Shown: positions 1-12,094, numbered from the stretch's first letter. The stretch: DNA of 64,000 nt from an uncultured Nitrososphaerota archaeon (GCA_963701075.1 OY969559.1:608001-672000), one strand, 5' to 3'. Translations and numbers: made by a program. The notes: generated by a model from the sequence alone, not told the origin.

Positions 1-733
1 CGTCAATAACCTTGTTCATGATTCTCACTTTGTTTCCAAATTCTTTTCTAAGATTATCTATTTGGGATTTGTATCTTGCCAAGACTATGACGTTGTATTT
101 TTCTCTCTCTTGGCTAAATTTGCAAATTATGCTATTGCTAATACTGGTTTTCCCAATAACATATGCTGCAGAAGATTCTTCAAGTCTGATGACTATAGTT
201 TTTTTATGACTATTGGCAACAATCGGTCTAACATCTGAGACATTTTTTACTATCACTGCAGCATCAATTGCTTTGTATTGAACTATGTTATTTTTTGAAA
301 TTCCATATTTTACAAATTCTTTTTTTGGTATTATCCATGGAATAAGTAGCTTTTGTGCAAACGGAAGTGCAAGTTTCATTACTGCCTCTGCATGTGGAGA
401 ATCAGAAAAAACTATGTGTTTGATGCCTAGACCAAATGCAACCCTTGAAGCTTCAGGAGAACAGAAGCTAATGGCCAAATCCGGGGATAATTTTGATATT
501 ATATCAGTCAAATGCTCAACTCGTTTTGCACTAGCTTCGAGCTTATCTTTTCTTCCTGAGCCACCATGTTTTCCAACTATGAGCAGATTGACATGCTTTA
601 GTTTTGCAAGATCGACAACCTGACTATAATTCCTCGAAGTGCACAGTATTTTGTGATTTTTACCTAATTTTTGTGCCATTGGACCAAAAAATAGCAGCTG
701 TTTTGGCGTAAGGATATCAAACCAGATTTTCAA
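1..733 (-). CDS. DUF354-family (GT-B/LpxB-like) protein, 3' end outside window
   Basis: Manual translation from TTG at 733: MKIWFDILTPKQLLFF...GKHGG...SPEASRVAFGLGI...SDSPHA; frame open to window edge, absent from ORF track. Confidence 0.8.
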   Translation of the reverse strand, partial: MKIWFDILTPKQLLFFGPMAQKLGKNHKILCTSRNYSQVVDLAKLKHVNLLIVGKHGGSGRKDKLEASAKRVEHLTDIISKLSPDLAISFCSPEASRVAFGLGIKHIVFSDSPHAEAVMKLALPFAQKLLIPWIIPKKEFVKYGISKNNIVQYKAIDAAVIVKNVSDVRPIVANSHKKTIVIRLEESSAAYVIGKTSISNSIICKFSQEREKYNVIVLARYKSQIDNLRKEFGNKVRIMNKVID

Positions 734-798
734 ACATTTTTGATAGAATTTGAGGGTGGAAAAAGTTTTTCTTAGCCTATACTCCTAGTTCGGATGAA

Positions 799-1932
799 TT
801 GGTAGCCACAAAGATCGTTGTTTACGGACTTAGCACTGAGGGATATTCAATCGCGTGCCAAATGGCAATAAAAGGAGCAGATGTCTTCATTGTGGACGAG
901 TCAGCACATATGGCAATTTCCCTCAAGGCGGAAATAGTGAAGACTTATCCAAATGTCACATCGCTAAAAGAAGATGAACCTTTGCTTGGTGTAGAGCCAA
1001 TCGATGTAGCTATATCGCATGCTGAATATCTTTTCTTTGCACCAAGAATCAGAAAAACCGGACAAGAGGCGAAAATGGAGATTCATTCAAAATTCAAAGA
1101 TTCTACATCCCCTATGAAAAAAGGCGGATCAGTTATCTATAATCTTCCGACAGGAATAGGTGGCAATAATGAAACCATATCGCTTTTGGAACATATTACT
1201 GGACTTGAAATGGGAAAGGGAATATCATATTTTTATTATCCTCTTTCAAAAGGATATGTTCCAGAAATAATAGGCTCCTTTAATGGAAAGGTTGACGATA
1301 AACTAGGTAAATTACTAGAAGTAGAAAAAAAGACAAAAAAGTTTGTATCTATACCTTCGGCTGAAATTATTCACGCGATAAAGGTCTTGACACAATTTTC
1401 AAGCTTAGCAAGTATCCTTGAGGTCTGTAAATTTGCACAAGATTCATCTACAAGGAATGATCTCGTATTCACTGACTACAAGGATCTATTTTTGGATGAC
1501 ATTACTAATGGACTATATGATCTGAGATCACTTGGCACATCTGTTGAAGGTGCAGGTACTATGATGTATCTAGTAAATGGAAGTATAAAGGGAATTGAGG
1601 GGTATGTTAAAAGACTTATTGACGAGATCAGGTCTACTCTAAAGAAAAATGAGCTTAAAGCAAGCAGGACTAGAGTGGTTCTAGTCTGGACGCAAGATTC
1701 CTATGAGATGAGAGGAGACAAAGTAGATATGTTAAATTCCCTTGTTACCAAACTGCGTGACTATATAGGGGATGTAGAGGTGCAAGAGGGTCCTGGACTC
1801 GATCTCTTCCATAATGATAAGACTACCATTATAGTAGCATGCTCAAAATCTGATTATGATAAAGTTGTTAAGAATGGAAAAGACTCTGACGTGATAATAA
1901 TAAAAACCAACCCCTTATGTGAGATATTGTAA
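799..1932 (+). CDS. Divergent nucleotide-sugar dehydrogenase-like protein (probable pseudoenzyme)
   Basis: Rossmann-like start IVVYGLSTEG and dehydrogenase-like layout (PTGIG, SAEIIH, RVVLVW); no GGxC catalytic motif visible. Confidence 0.55.
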   Translation: MVATKIVVYGLSTEGYSIACQMAIKGADVFIVDESAHMAISLKAEIVKTYPNVTSLKEDEPLLGVEPIDVAISHAEYLFFAPRIRKTGQEAKMEIHSKFKDSTSPMKKGGSVIYNLPTGIGGNNETISLLEHITGLEMGKGISYFYYPLSKGYVPEIIGSFNGKVDDKLGKLLEVEKKTKKFVSIPSAEIIHAIKVLTQFSSLASILEVCKFAQDSSTRNDLVFTDYKDLFLDDITNGLYDLRSLGTSVEGAGTMMYLVNGSIKGIEGYVKRLIDEIRSTLKKNELKASRTRVVLVWTQDSYEMRGDKVDMLNSLVTKLRDYIGDVEVQEGPGLDLFHNDKTTIIVACSKSDYDKVVKNGKDSDVIIIKTNPLCEIL

Positions 1933-1945
1933 TAAAGGTAATACT

Positions 1946-2527
1946 ATGCAAAATAATAGAATAGGCTTGACCAGTAATAATGATGAGATTGATGATCTAC
2001 TAAATGAAGTCACTCGAAATAGTGCAGAAGGAAAGGAGCAAGAAGCTGAAAATATCGATGAACTAAAAAACCAACTGGAAAAAGAAAAAGAGAAAGCAAC
2101 ATCACAAGAAAAAAAAATTCAATACTTGTTAGCAGATTTTGAAAATCTAAAGAAAAGGATCGAATCAGATGTTCAAAACAAGGTAAATTCGATAACTGAT
2201 GATCTAATTTTGAAATTTTTATCAATTTATGATGACTTTATTCGTGCGAGGGACGCCTTGTCTAAACAAAATGTAAATGTAGACGGTTTAGACGCTATTT
2301 TAAAGAATATGAATTCACTCCTGTCTGAATATGGAATAAGACCTATTGAGGTATTAGGCGAAGTTTTTGATCCAAGACTACATGAAGTTATATCTATAAG
2401 AGATGATTCATCTCTTGATGATAATACAATTACGGCAGAGCTGCGTAAGGGATATATTTTGAAGGACAGAGTTATTAGACCTAGTTTAGTAGAAATATCG
2501 AAAAAACATAAAGAGATGAAGAATTAA
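1946..2527 (+). CDS. grpE: Nucleotide exchange factor GrpE
   Basis: [34 protein letters not shown]; directly upstream of dnaK; ATG 1946 preferred to GTG 1919. Confidence 0.95.
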   Translation: MQNNRIGLTSNNDEIDDLLNEVTRNSAEGKEQEAENIDELKNQLEKEKEKATSQEKKIQYLLADFENLKKRIESDVQNKVNSITDDLILKFLSIYDDFIRARDALSKQNVNVDGLDAILKNMNSLLSEYGIRPIEVLGEVFDPRLHEVISIRDDSSLDDNTITAELRKGYILKDRVIRPSLVEISKKHKEMKN

Positions 2528-2528
2528 A

Positions 2529-4356
2529 ATGGCTAAAATTATTGGTATTGATTTAGGAACTAGTAACTCTGCGGCGGCAGCTATGATGGGAGGAAAACCA
2601 ACTCTTATTCCTGCAGCTGAAGGTACTACTATTGGCGGCAAGGCCTTTCCATCTGTAGTAGCATTTGCAAAGGATGGGCAACTTATAGTGGGAGAGCCAG
2701 CAAGGAGGCAAGCGGTAACAAATCCAGAGGGTACTGTAGTGGCGGCAAAAAGAAAGATGGGAACTGATCATGTTTTTAAGATTAATGACAAAGAGTACAA
2801 GCCACAGCAAATCTCTGCTTTCATTTTACAGAAAATAAAAAAAGACGCAGAAGCATTCATTGGTGAAAAAATAGATAAAGCCGTGATAACAGTTCCTGCC
2901 TACTTTAACGATAATCAAAGACAGGCGACTAAGGATGCTGGACAAATAGCAGGGCTGGAGGTAGTTAGAATAATTAACGAGCCTACTGCTGCAGCACTCG
3001 CCTTTGGTCTTGATAAATCTAAGCAAGACATGAAAATAATGGTATTTGATCTAGGTGGTGGAACCCTAGATGTAACAATAATGGAAATGGGAGGAGGCGT
3101 CTTTGAGGTGATGAGCACCTCTGGAGACACGCAATTAGGTGGAACAGATATGGATAAAGTCTCTAATTGATTACATTGTTGACAATTTCAGAAAATCGTC
3201 CGGAATAGATCTTAACAAAGATAATACCGCAATGGTTAGAGTAAGAGAAGCAGCCGAAAAAGCAAAGATTGAACTCTCATCGGTATTTGAAACTGACGTC
3301 AACCTTCCTTTCATATCACATGATCCATCTTCTGGATCAAAAAATCTAGAACTGAAAATAACAAGAGCGAAATTTGAGGAGCTCATCAATCCCATAGTAG
3401 AAAGATGCAGGCCATCTATGACAAAGTCATTAGAAGATGCAAAACTATCGCCGTCAGATGTAAGCAAGATTATACTTGTTGGTGGTCCAACAAGAATGCC
3501 TCTCATCAGGAAATTCGTAGCAAGTGTAATGGGCAAGGATCCAGAATCTGGAGTAGATCCAATGGAAGCTGTAGCATTAGGTGCCGCTATACAAGCAGGT
3601 ATCATAGCAGGTGAAGTAACAAGTGATATTGTTCTTTTGGATGTCATACCACTAACACTTGGAGTAGAAGTGCTTGGAGGATTACGAGAACCTATTATAG
3701 AAAGAAACACCACTATCCCATCATCTAAAAGTAAAATTTTCACAACTGCAGCTGACAATCAAACTGCTGTAACTATTCATATTGTGCAGGGTGAAAGGCC
3801 TATGGCTTCAGATAATGTTTCGCTTGGAAGCTTCAACTTGTCTGGCATCCTTCCAGCTCCAAGAGGAGTACCGCAAATAGAAGTAAAATTTGATATTGAT
3901 GCAAACGGAATTCTCAATGTTACAGCAAAAGATCTTGCAACTCAAAAGGAAGCCAAAATTACAATCACCGCAAGCACCAAACTTTCAAAAGATGATATTG
4001 AGAAAATGAAAAAGGATGCTGAAATATTCTCTGAACAAGATAGAAAGAAGAAAGAAGAGGTAGAGGTAAAGAATGAAGCTCAACAGTATATCTATGCTAC
4101 TGAAAAGCTGATAACTCAAGATCTAAAAGATAAGATATCCCAAGACCAGGGAATAAAGGTAAGTGAAGCAATAAAGGAACTCAAAGATGTTCTTGACAAG
4201 GAGGTTACTGAAATAAAACCAAAACTTGATGCTTTGAAGAAATTAGTTAATGATATTAGTACTGAGCTTTACAAAAATGTAAATCCACCCCCAGAGGCAG
4301 GTGCGCAAGGAGCTGCAGACGCTTCGGGCCAAGCCACTGGAGAAACAAAAAATTGA
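2529..4356 (+). CDS. dnaK: Chaperone DnaK (Hsp70); one apparent +1 frameshift at 3158-3162
   Basis: [35 protein letters not shown] across ORFs 2529-3170 and 3139-4356; AGTCT->AGCT restores MDKALIDY. Confidence 0.97.
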
Positions 4357-4394
4357 TGTTTATACTGGAGAAAAAATAACGCTATTTTACAATC

Positions 4395-5499
4395 ATGAGT
4401 ACAAAACGCGATTATTATGAAGTCTTGGGTATTCAAAAAAATGCTTCTCAAGATGAGATAAAATCTCAGTATAGGAAACTGGCACTTAAATTTCATCCAG
4501 ACAGAAACAAATCACCTGATGCATCTGAACATTTCAAAGAGATATCAGAAGCTTATGCAGTATTATCAGATTCTGAGAAGCGTAAGATCTATGACACTCA
4601 TGGTCATGCCGGGGTTGATGGTAAATACAGCACCGAAGATATATTCCAAGGATCTAAAGTCAATTTTGAGGATGTTTTCGGTTCTGGTTTTGAATCAATT
4701 TTTGAAAACGTCTTTGGTAGGGGGGGTGGTTTTAGATTTGGCGGTTTTGATTTTGGATTCGGTAGGGAAAGAGGAGCAGATCTAGTATATGATACAGAAA
4801 TAAAGTTCGAAGATGTCCTTAGGGGAAAACGAGAAGAGATCGAGCTTCCACGAGACATTGAATGTAGTGACTGCAAGGGATCAGGCGCTACTCCTGGAAC
4901 ATCCATGAGAACTTGCTCTGTTTGTAACGGTCATGGTCAGGTAAGAACATCTCGTAGTGGTGGATTTTCTACATTTGTCACCGTTCAACCATGTAATACT
5001 TGTAGGGGTAAAGGCAAAATAATAGAGAGACCTTGTTCTAGATGCAAAGGAACTGGCAAACAAAAAGGAAAACACCACTTCTCATTTGAAATTCCTCCGG
5101 GTATTGAAAGTGGCGAATATAGAATTAAAGGAGAAGGTGAGTCAATGTCAAACGGAACAAGTGGCGACCTTATTGTTAGAATCAAAGTAAAGCCTCATGA
5201 CCAGTTCAAGCGAGATGGTGCAGACATATTTTGTGATGCAAACATATCTGTCACTGATGCAATACTGGGCAAGAAATTGACTGTGCCAACCTTGGAAGGA
5301 ACTGAAAAAATCGAAGTTGAAGCAGGAAGTCAGCCAAATACGATAATAAAGATAAAAGGAAAAGGTCTACCCCATCAAGGATTTAGAGGCAGAGGAGATC
5401 AATATGTCAGACTTGTTATCAATATTCCAAAGAAAATAGATAAACATCAACGTGAATTACTCGAAGAGCTGCAAGATAAGCTTCAATCGAGAGGAATAA
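4395..5499 (+). CDS. dnaJ: Chaperone DnaJ (reads through into next gene as sequenced; inferred true stop TAA 5497-5499)
   Basis: J domain HPD, G/F-rich region, four CxxCxGxG repeats; end inferred by removing one base at AGCT 5467-5471 or 5479-5483. Confidence 0.9.
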
Positions 5500-5504
5500 G
5501 AATT

Positions 5505-6068
5505 TTGAAGATTGCACTAGATGTAGATGGGGTTCTTGCAGATGTTATACATGCTTGGATATCATACAATAATCAAGTCAGAACAACCATCTTGAAATCA
5601 GACATATCAGAATGGGACTTTTGGAAAAGATACAACATCAGTAAATTTGATTTCTATGAAGAGCTCTCCATGTGCTGGAAATCTTGGAAAACTATTCCTC
5701 CAACTGAAAGTGACATTTCCTCTGCATCAAAGGAACTTTCAAAGATGGGGACTGTGGATATAGTGACTGCAAGAGAGGACTCTACCCACAATGATGTAAA
5801 AAATTGGCTCAAAATGCATAATGTGACCTTCAAAAACTATGTAGGAGTGATAGAAGGAACAGAAAAGGCAAAACTTGATTATGATATCTTCATTGATGAC
5901 TCGCCCATAAATGCGAAAAGCATGCTTGCTGCAGGAAAATCAATAATACTCTACAACCAGCCATGGAATCTTGATTTTCCTGATTCTAGAGCAAAAAGGA
6001 TCTATGAATTAAAGAACGCAGTTTCTGCCATCCATGAAATTAGTCGTAATTGTTCTTCCTTATCATAA
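5505..6068 (+). CDS. HAD-superfamily 5'(3')-deoxyribonucleotidase-like phosphatase
   Basis: TTG 5505 then [12 protein letters not shown] (motif I), [18 protein letters not shown]. Confidence 0.8.
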   Translation: MKIALDVDGVLADVIHAWISYNNQVRTTILKSDISEWDFWKRYNISKFDFYEELSMCWKSWKTIPPTESDISSASKELSKMGTVDIVTAREDSTHNDVKNWLKMHNVTFKNYVGVIEGTEKAKLDYDIFIDDSPINAKSMLAAGKSIILYNQPWNLDFPDSRAKRIYELKNAVSAIHEISRNCSSLS

Positions 6069-6136
6069 AAACAAATCTTATTCTGTGATAAAACTTGGAA
6101 TAAAGACACTTATTCTGGAGTTTTAATTTTCACGTT

Positions 6137-6221
6137 GCGGGGGTCGCCTAGCCTGGTCAACGGCGTAAGGCTCAGAACCTTATCTCTTAGGAGTTCGTGG
6201 GTTCAAATCCCACCTCCCGCA
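6137..6221 (+). tRNA. tRNA-Leu(CAG)
   Basis: Acceptor GCGGGGG/CTCCCGC, anticodon arm TAAGG-CTCAGAA-CCTTA, long variable arm, GTTCAAATCC T arm. Confidence 0.95.
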
Positions 6222-6281
6222 TTACAAAATTTTCGTGTACTAATGAAAAATTTATAATCCATTGGTCGATTGTTGGCTTTC

Positions 6282-6623
6282 ATGAAGAGGGTAGAGGCTG
6301 TAATATTGCATGATAAGCTTGATGCAGTAGTTGAGGCGTTAAAGAAGGTTGGCGTTGGTGGTATTACTATATTTGATGCTAAAGGATTGGGAAGATCAAG
6401 TAAACTCATACGTGATGCTAAGAAGACCCCAAGCTCGTACACAAAACTCAATGTAAAAAGTTATGTTCTTACAGTAGTGGATGATTCAATTGTTGACAAA
6501 GTAATCAGCGCCATTCTTGATGCTGCAAGTACTGACTCTGTAGGTGACGGAAAGATTTTTGTCGATAACATAGACACCGCAGTAGATATAGGAAGCCGTC
6601 AAAAGGGAGTTCATGCAATATGA
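6282..6623 (+). CDS. P-II family nitrogen regulatory protein
   Basis: MKRVEAVI, GVGGITI..KGLGR, TDSVGDGKIFV; T-loop divergent. Confidence 0.9.
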   Translation: MKRVEAVILHDKLDAVVEALKKVGVGGITIFDAKGLGRSSKLIRDAKKTPSSYTKLNVKSYVLTVVDDSIVDKVISAILDAASTDSVGDGKIFVDNIDTAVDIGSRQKGVHAI

Positions 6624-6625
6624 TG

Positions 6626-8560
6626 CTACTTTCCTTTTGAGCTTGTGTCAATTCGTGACTTTATTTTTTCTTCTAACAACTGATTTATTTTCTGTCCGTC
6701 AACCTTTCCGCGAAGGTTTTTCATTGCAAGTCCCATCAATGGTCCAATAGATCTTAATCCTTGTTGCTCGATTATTTTAATATTAGATAATATCAATTCA
6801 TCTAATATGTTATTTAGGTCGATATCTTCTACTGCACTAATTGCATTTTTTTGAATTGCATCTTCTATAGAACTAGCTGTTTTATTCATCATACTCTCAA
6901 AGATGATCTCAAGTGATTCCTTTGCAATTTTTCCTTCTGTCAAAAACTCGAATGCTTTTGAAATGTCAGAATTCTTCAATAACTTCGAGTCTAGACCACG
7001 CCTCTCAAGATTAGTAATGGTTCCACTGAGAACCGATGATACAAAATTGGGAGAAATTCTTTTATCTTTACATATGGACTCAAATAAATCCAGATATTCA
7101 GAATCAAATATCTGTAAAGCAAGCTGAGGATTCAACTCATATTGTTTCTGAAGTTCTAATATGCTCTCTTCCCAAGATTTTGGTATCTTTTTTTTGGCCT
7201 CCTCTAATTCATTATTGGTTACTATGATTGGTGGTATGTCCGTCTCTGGATACATTCTAGAGGCTCCTGGTCTGGGTCTGAGATAGACTGTTTCACCCGT
7301 GACTGTGGCCACTCTTGTTTCTGCCGGTACGCCGATTTTTGCATCTTCTATTCTTTTGATTATAGACTCAATTACTATGTCTAGTTTTTTTGGTTCACCT
7401 GCAAGAATCAAGAAACCGTCATTTTGTTGGCTTTCTAGAATTTTTTTTACTTGCTGTATCTCGGCCTCTTCAATTCCATAGTCTGGAAGCTCGTCTGAAT
7501 GAAAAACTCCTCCCAAACCAAAGAATCTCACCAATTCTCCTAATTGCTTACCGAGTCTAATTCCAGAATATGGTTCAAAACCAAATATGCCTGAAAAATT
7601 CTTAACTCTGATTGCTTTTACAACCGCACCATTCACTAATGCTTTCTGAATAGTCTTTGATTTACAATCTCTAAAAGCATCTGTTACATCTTTTACATCT
7701 CTTTCCTTTGCGATACGTTCAGTATCTAACACTTTTAGTTTATCAGCTATTATCTTAAGGCCATGTTGTCTTTTGGCTTCATATTCAACTACTTTTTCAA
7801 GCTGATCCAGTTTTTGCACTCCTTTTACTTCCACAATTCCGCCCCCTTCTATGGAGACATTGACATCTTGTCTTATTGAGCCAAGTCCTCTCTGAACCCT
7901 CTTGGTTGCTCGCAACAAACGTCCAAGAGTTAATGCGATTTTTTTGATCTCTTCTGGTGTTCCACTTACCGGTTCAAGTGCTATCTCTACTAACGGTATT
8001 CCTAACCTGTCCAAAGTGTACTCTCTAAAGTCAACTGAATCATTCAGAAGTTTTGCAGCATCTTCCTCTAAACAGATACTCTGTACCCCGACATTTTTGC
8101 CATCTACTTCAAGGCTACCGCCAAGTCCAATTAGCATGGTTCTCTGAAAACCAGATGTGTTTGAACCATCTATGACCAGTTTTCTCATAACATAAATCTC
8201 ATTGAAGATGCTTGTTTTTAACGCAGAAGCCATTATCAAGGCAGTTTCTTTTGAGCCGAGGCTGAGATCATGGGGAGGTTCTTCATCCTGCTCAACAAGG
8301 CAACTGCTCTCAGGATTGGCATAGTATAGTATGGTTTTCTGTTTACTAGATTCAAATAACGCACTAGGATCCAATTCTCCAAGTTCGCTTCTTGCTATTC
8401 TTAACTTTCGAACAAATTTCAGTGGATAATCAGTTGACTCGATCGAAGAACAATTGCAGAATAATTTTGTGCCTGTTGCAAGCTGCTGATGTATTTCAAG
8501 GCCTACTCTCAGACCTATTTTGTCTATCTGAATATCAGACACTTCTGGTTTTATTGTCAT
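6626..8560 (-). CDS. gatE: Glu-tRNA(Gln) amidotransferase subunit E
   Basis: VGLEIHQQL, IDGSNTSGFQRT, GLGSIRQDVNVS, RPRPGASRMYPETDIP. Confidence 0.97.
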   Translation of the reverse strand: MTIKPEVSDIQIDKIGLRVGLEIHQQLATGTKLFCNCSSIESTDYPLKFVRKLRIARSELGELDPSALFESSKQKTILYYANPESSCLVEQDEEPPHDLSLGSKETALIMASALKTSIFNEIYVMRKLVIDGSNTSGFQRTMLIGLGGSLEVDGKNVGVQSICLEEDAAKLLNDSVDFREYTLDRLGIPLVEIALEPVSGTPEEIKKIALTLGRLLRATKRVQRGLGSIRQDVNVSIEGGGIVEVKGVQKLDQLEKVVEYEAKRQHGLKIIADKLKVLDTERIAKERDVKDVTDAFRDCKSKTIQKALVNGAVVKAIRVKNFSGIFGFEPYSGIRLGKQLGELVRFFGLGGVFHSDELPDYGIEEAEIQQVKKILESQQNDGFLILAGEPKKLDIVIESIIKRIEDAKIGVPAETRVATVTGETVYLRPRPGASRMYPETDIPPIIVTNNELEEAKKKIPKSWEESILELQKQYELNPQLALQIFDSEYLDLFESICKDKRISPNFVSSVLSGTITNLERRGLDSKLLKNSDISKAFEFLTEGKIAKESLEIIFESMMNKTASSIEDAIQKNAISAVEDIDLNNILDELILSNIKIIEQQGLRSIGPLMGLAMKNLRGKVDGQKINQLLEEKIKSRIDTSSKGK

Positions 8561-8574
8561 ACTCGTTTTAAATC

Positions 8575-9859
8575 TTAGTCTGAAATTTCAAAGGCAATGT
8601 TTTCTTGCATGATCTTTTCCATTTCGTTGATGTCTTTAGTATTGCCCAATGCCCACATAGCTTTAACAAGAGCAGTCTCGGGAATCATATTTCCAAGTGG
8701 AACTACACCTAGGTTCATCAAGTCTCTACCACTATCATATACAGTCATACGAACAATTCCGTCTATACACTGTGATGTCATTCCAATGAATAATCCCTTT
8801 CTTTTTGCACGTACAATTGATTCATACATTATCTTACCCACATGGCCAAGACCAGTTCCTTCAAAAATAATTGCCTTGTAACCTGAATCAATTGCATAAT
8901 CTATCAACTTTGGATCAAGGCCTGGATAATATTTTACCAGCAAGACTTGATTATCAAAATTGATCTTAGGACTATATGTTTTCTTTAAAGGGTCAAACAA
9001 TGGATTCTTCTCAATAGAGTCTTTTTTTACAATGAAAACAGGAGATCCTCCTATTGTCTGAAATGCATTCCTCTTGCTAGTGTGATTCTTTCTTACTCTT
9101 GTCCCCCAATGGCATGCCACATCATCATCGCTTATTGAATTGTGCATCACAACAAAGATCCCATTAGTATCAGTTTCAACCAGAAATCTAGCTGCTGAAA
9201 TGAGATTTAGTGCAGCGTCTGAAGAAGGTCGGTCTGAAGATCTTTGTGAACCTACCAAAGCTACAGGTTTTGGGAACCCTGATAATGAAAATGAGAGTGC
9301 TGCTGCTGTATATTGCATAGTGTCTGTACCGTGAGCTGACTATGATGCCTTTGTATTCAGACCTAGAGTATGAATTCAGTTTTTCTGCAATTTTTATCCA
9401 ATGCTCTGGTAGGAGATTTTCAGAATATTCTGAGAACAAAACTTCTGTGTCAATGTTAGCTATCTCGGATAGTTCTGATACACTTGCATTGAGTTCTGCA
9501 GCTGTAAGAGCTGGATACACTCCTCCAGTCCTATAATCAATCTTGCTTGCAATGGTACCTCCAGTTGATATCAGTAAGATCTTGGGTAGTTTAGGATCTG
9601 TTTGCGGCTGTACCGTGTTCTCCTTCTTCACGGAAGGATGTAATTCTACTTCTATCTTGATAATTTTTTCAATTTGTAATCCTATATTGTAGCCATTTTT
9701 CAGTTTGAGAACAATGTGATCATCGTCACTGTGTTCGTATCTAGGCATCAAAATTCCTGAATAGGTCGAATCTGTCTGAACTTTCACTAGATCTCCTATC
9801 TCTATCTTATTTTTAGTTAGGAATTCAAGGCTCTTTCTACGGTATCCGCTATGTGACAT
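8575..9859 (-). CDS. gatD: Glu-tRNA(Gln) amidotransferase subunit D; apparent +1 frameshift at 9334-9338
   Basis: STGGTIAS, GSQRSSDRPSSD, RKNHTS, GTGLGH; one-base removal beside AGCT restores GIIVAHGTDTM. Confidence 0.96.
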
Positions 9860-9891
9860 TTGCTTGGATTAGAATTGTTATTTAATTAAAA

Positions 9892-12094
9892 TTACCTGTA
9901 GTAGGGCACTGCCACTTTTTCGCCTATCTTGAGTTCCTTCTGGGTTCTTACCTTTCTTACAGCTTCTTCAAAGTGTCTCATAGTTACTTTGGCGTCAGCT
10001 GCCTGTTTTTCTGCCTCTTTTTGGTCGGGATACTTGGCAAGAAACTCGTGTATGACAAGGGATACTGCTGTGTTGGCTATGGATGCTACATCTGCACCAC
10101 TCATTCCGTCGCTTGACTCTGCAATCTTGTCCAAATCTACATAGTCTGGATTCTTTGCGCCGTCTATCATTGGCTCTCTTACAACTGGAATGTCCTTTGC
10201 GTTGATTTCTAGTATCTTCTTTCTTCCTTCTTTGTCAGGTAGAGGCACCAAAATAATTTTGTCAAATCTGCCAGGTCTTAGCAGTGCCGTATCGATCATA
10301 TCTGCTCTGTTGGTAGCAGCCAATACGACTACGCCGCGCAGGCTCTCTATTCCATCAAGTTCGGTTAACAACTGGCTAACTACTCTTTCGGTTACAGTCT
10401 GTCTCTCCTCCAATTCCTCTGACAGGTGCTATCGAATCAATTTCATCAAAAAATATTACACAAGGCGATGCTTGTCTTGCTCTTCTGAATATCTCTCTTA
10501 TTCCACGTTCTGACTCTCCTACCCATTTTGATAATAGCTCTGGACCTCTTACTGATATGAAGTTGGCCTCACTTTCAGTAGCAACGGCCTTTGCAAGCAA
10601 AGTCTTTCCAGTTCCACTTGAGCCATGTAACAATATTCCTCTTGGCATTCTATGTCCTAGTTTTGAATACAACGTTGGGTATTTCATAGGCCATTCTACT
10701 GCTTCCTGTAATTCACGTTTGACAGTTTCTAGCCCTCCAACTTCATCCCAACTGACATCTGGATTTTCAATAAAGACTTCACGCATTCCAGAAGGTGTTA
10801 CCTCTTTGAGAGCATTCTGATAATCCTCGTCATTTACAATTAACTTGTCAAGAGTCTCAGGAGGAAGCTTCTCATCCTCTAAGTTGAGTTCAGGTAGCAA
10901 TCTTCGTAAGCATTTCATTGCTGCCTCTTTGCACAAGTATTCCAAGTCTGCGCCCACATACCCATGACTTATTGCGGCAATCTTATCCAAATTCACATCA
11001 TCACTAAGAGGCATGTTTCTTGTGTGAATCATGAGAATGTCTTTTCTGCCTTTCTTGTCTGGTACCTTTATCTCAATTTCTCTATCAAATCTGCCAGGTC
11101 TTCTAAGTGCAGGATCTATTGCATTAGGTCTGTTTGTGGCAGAAATTACTATAACTTTACCTCTTGCCTCAAGACCATCCATAAGCGATAACAATTGAGA
11201 TACAACTCTTCTTTCTACTTCTCCTGTTACTTCTTCTCTCTTTGGTGCTATCGAATCAATTTCATCAATGAATATTATTGACGGTGACTTTTCCTTGGCT
11301 TCTTTGAAAATTTCTCTAAGTCTAGCTTCGCTTTCACCATAGAACTTGCTCATGATCTCTGGACCTGAAATGCTGATAAAGTGAGCATTACTTTCATTTG
11401 CAACGGCCTTTGCAAGAAGTGTCTTTCCAGTTCCTGGGGGTCCATACAAAAGCACACCCTTTGGAGCTTCAATACCAAGTTTCTCAAATATCTCTGGATG
11501 TCTTAGTGGAAGCTCAATCATTTCACGAACTTTCTTAATTTCATCAGTTAGGCCACCAATATCTTCATAGGTCACCTGTGGAACGCCGCGCAAAGTTTCT
11601 CCTTTCTCTGCGATGTGAAATACAGTTTTTTGAGTTACAAGCACTGCATCTGCTGCTGGTGTGACACCTATTACTTGGAAAGTAAGTCTTCCACCAAAAT
11701 ATGGAACCATCACATTGTCTCCTTTTATTAGAGGAACACTTTCTAACGCATCTGCAAGATACCTCTCATCAATTGGAGGTATTGCTTCAAGTGGCGCAAC
11801 TACTACCTTTTCTGCAGCAACCGCCTTGATCTTGCGTACCGCAACAGTATCTCCTATTGCAATGCCTGCGTTATTTCTTACAAGTCCATCTACTCTGATT
11901 ATTCCTTTACCCTCATCAGATGGATAAAGGGGAAGACATTTGGCTACTGTTCTTCTCTTACCTTTTATCTCAATAACGTCTCCAGTGGATGCACCAAGTG
12001 AATCCATGGAATCATAATCAATACGAGCCACCCCTCTTCCCACATCACGCGTATATGCCTCAAGTACCTTAAGGGAGAGCATGTTCTGACTCAT
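9892..12094 (-). CDS. cdc48: CDC48/VCP AAA+ ATPase; apparent +1 frameshift at 10396-10400
   Basis: N domain RDVGRG, Walker A GPPGTGKT and [14 protein letters not shown] twice; repair gives GGETAVTERVV. Confidence 0.96.

Noticed and set aside
12-623. Plus-strand ORFs 12-209 and 285-623, and the many other short antisense ORFs in the track
   Set aside because: Shadow frames opposite well-supported genes, with no motifs of their own
6203-6451. Integrated element at tRNA-Leu or at the other three tRNAs
   Set aside because: No integrase and no duplicated tRNA 3' end seen in the window
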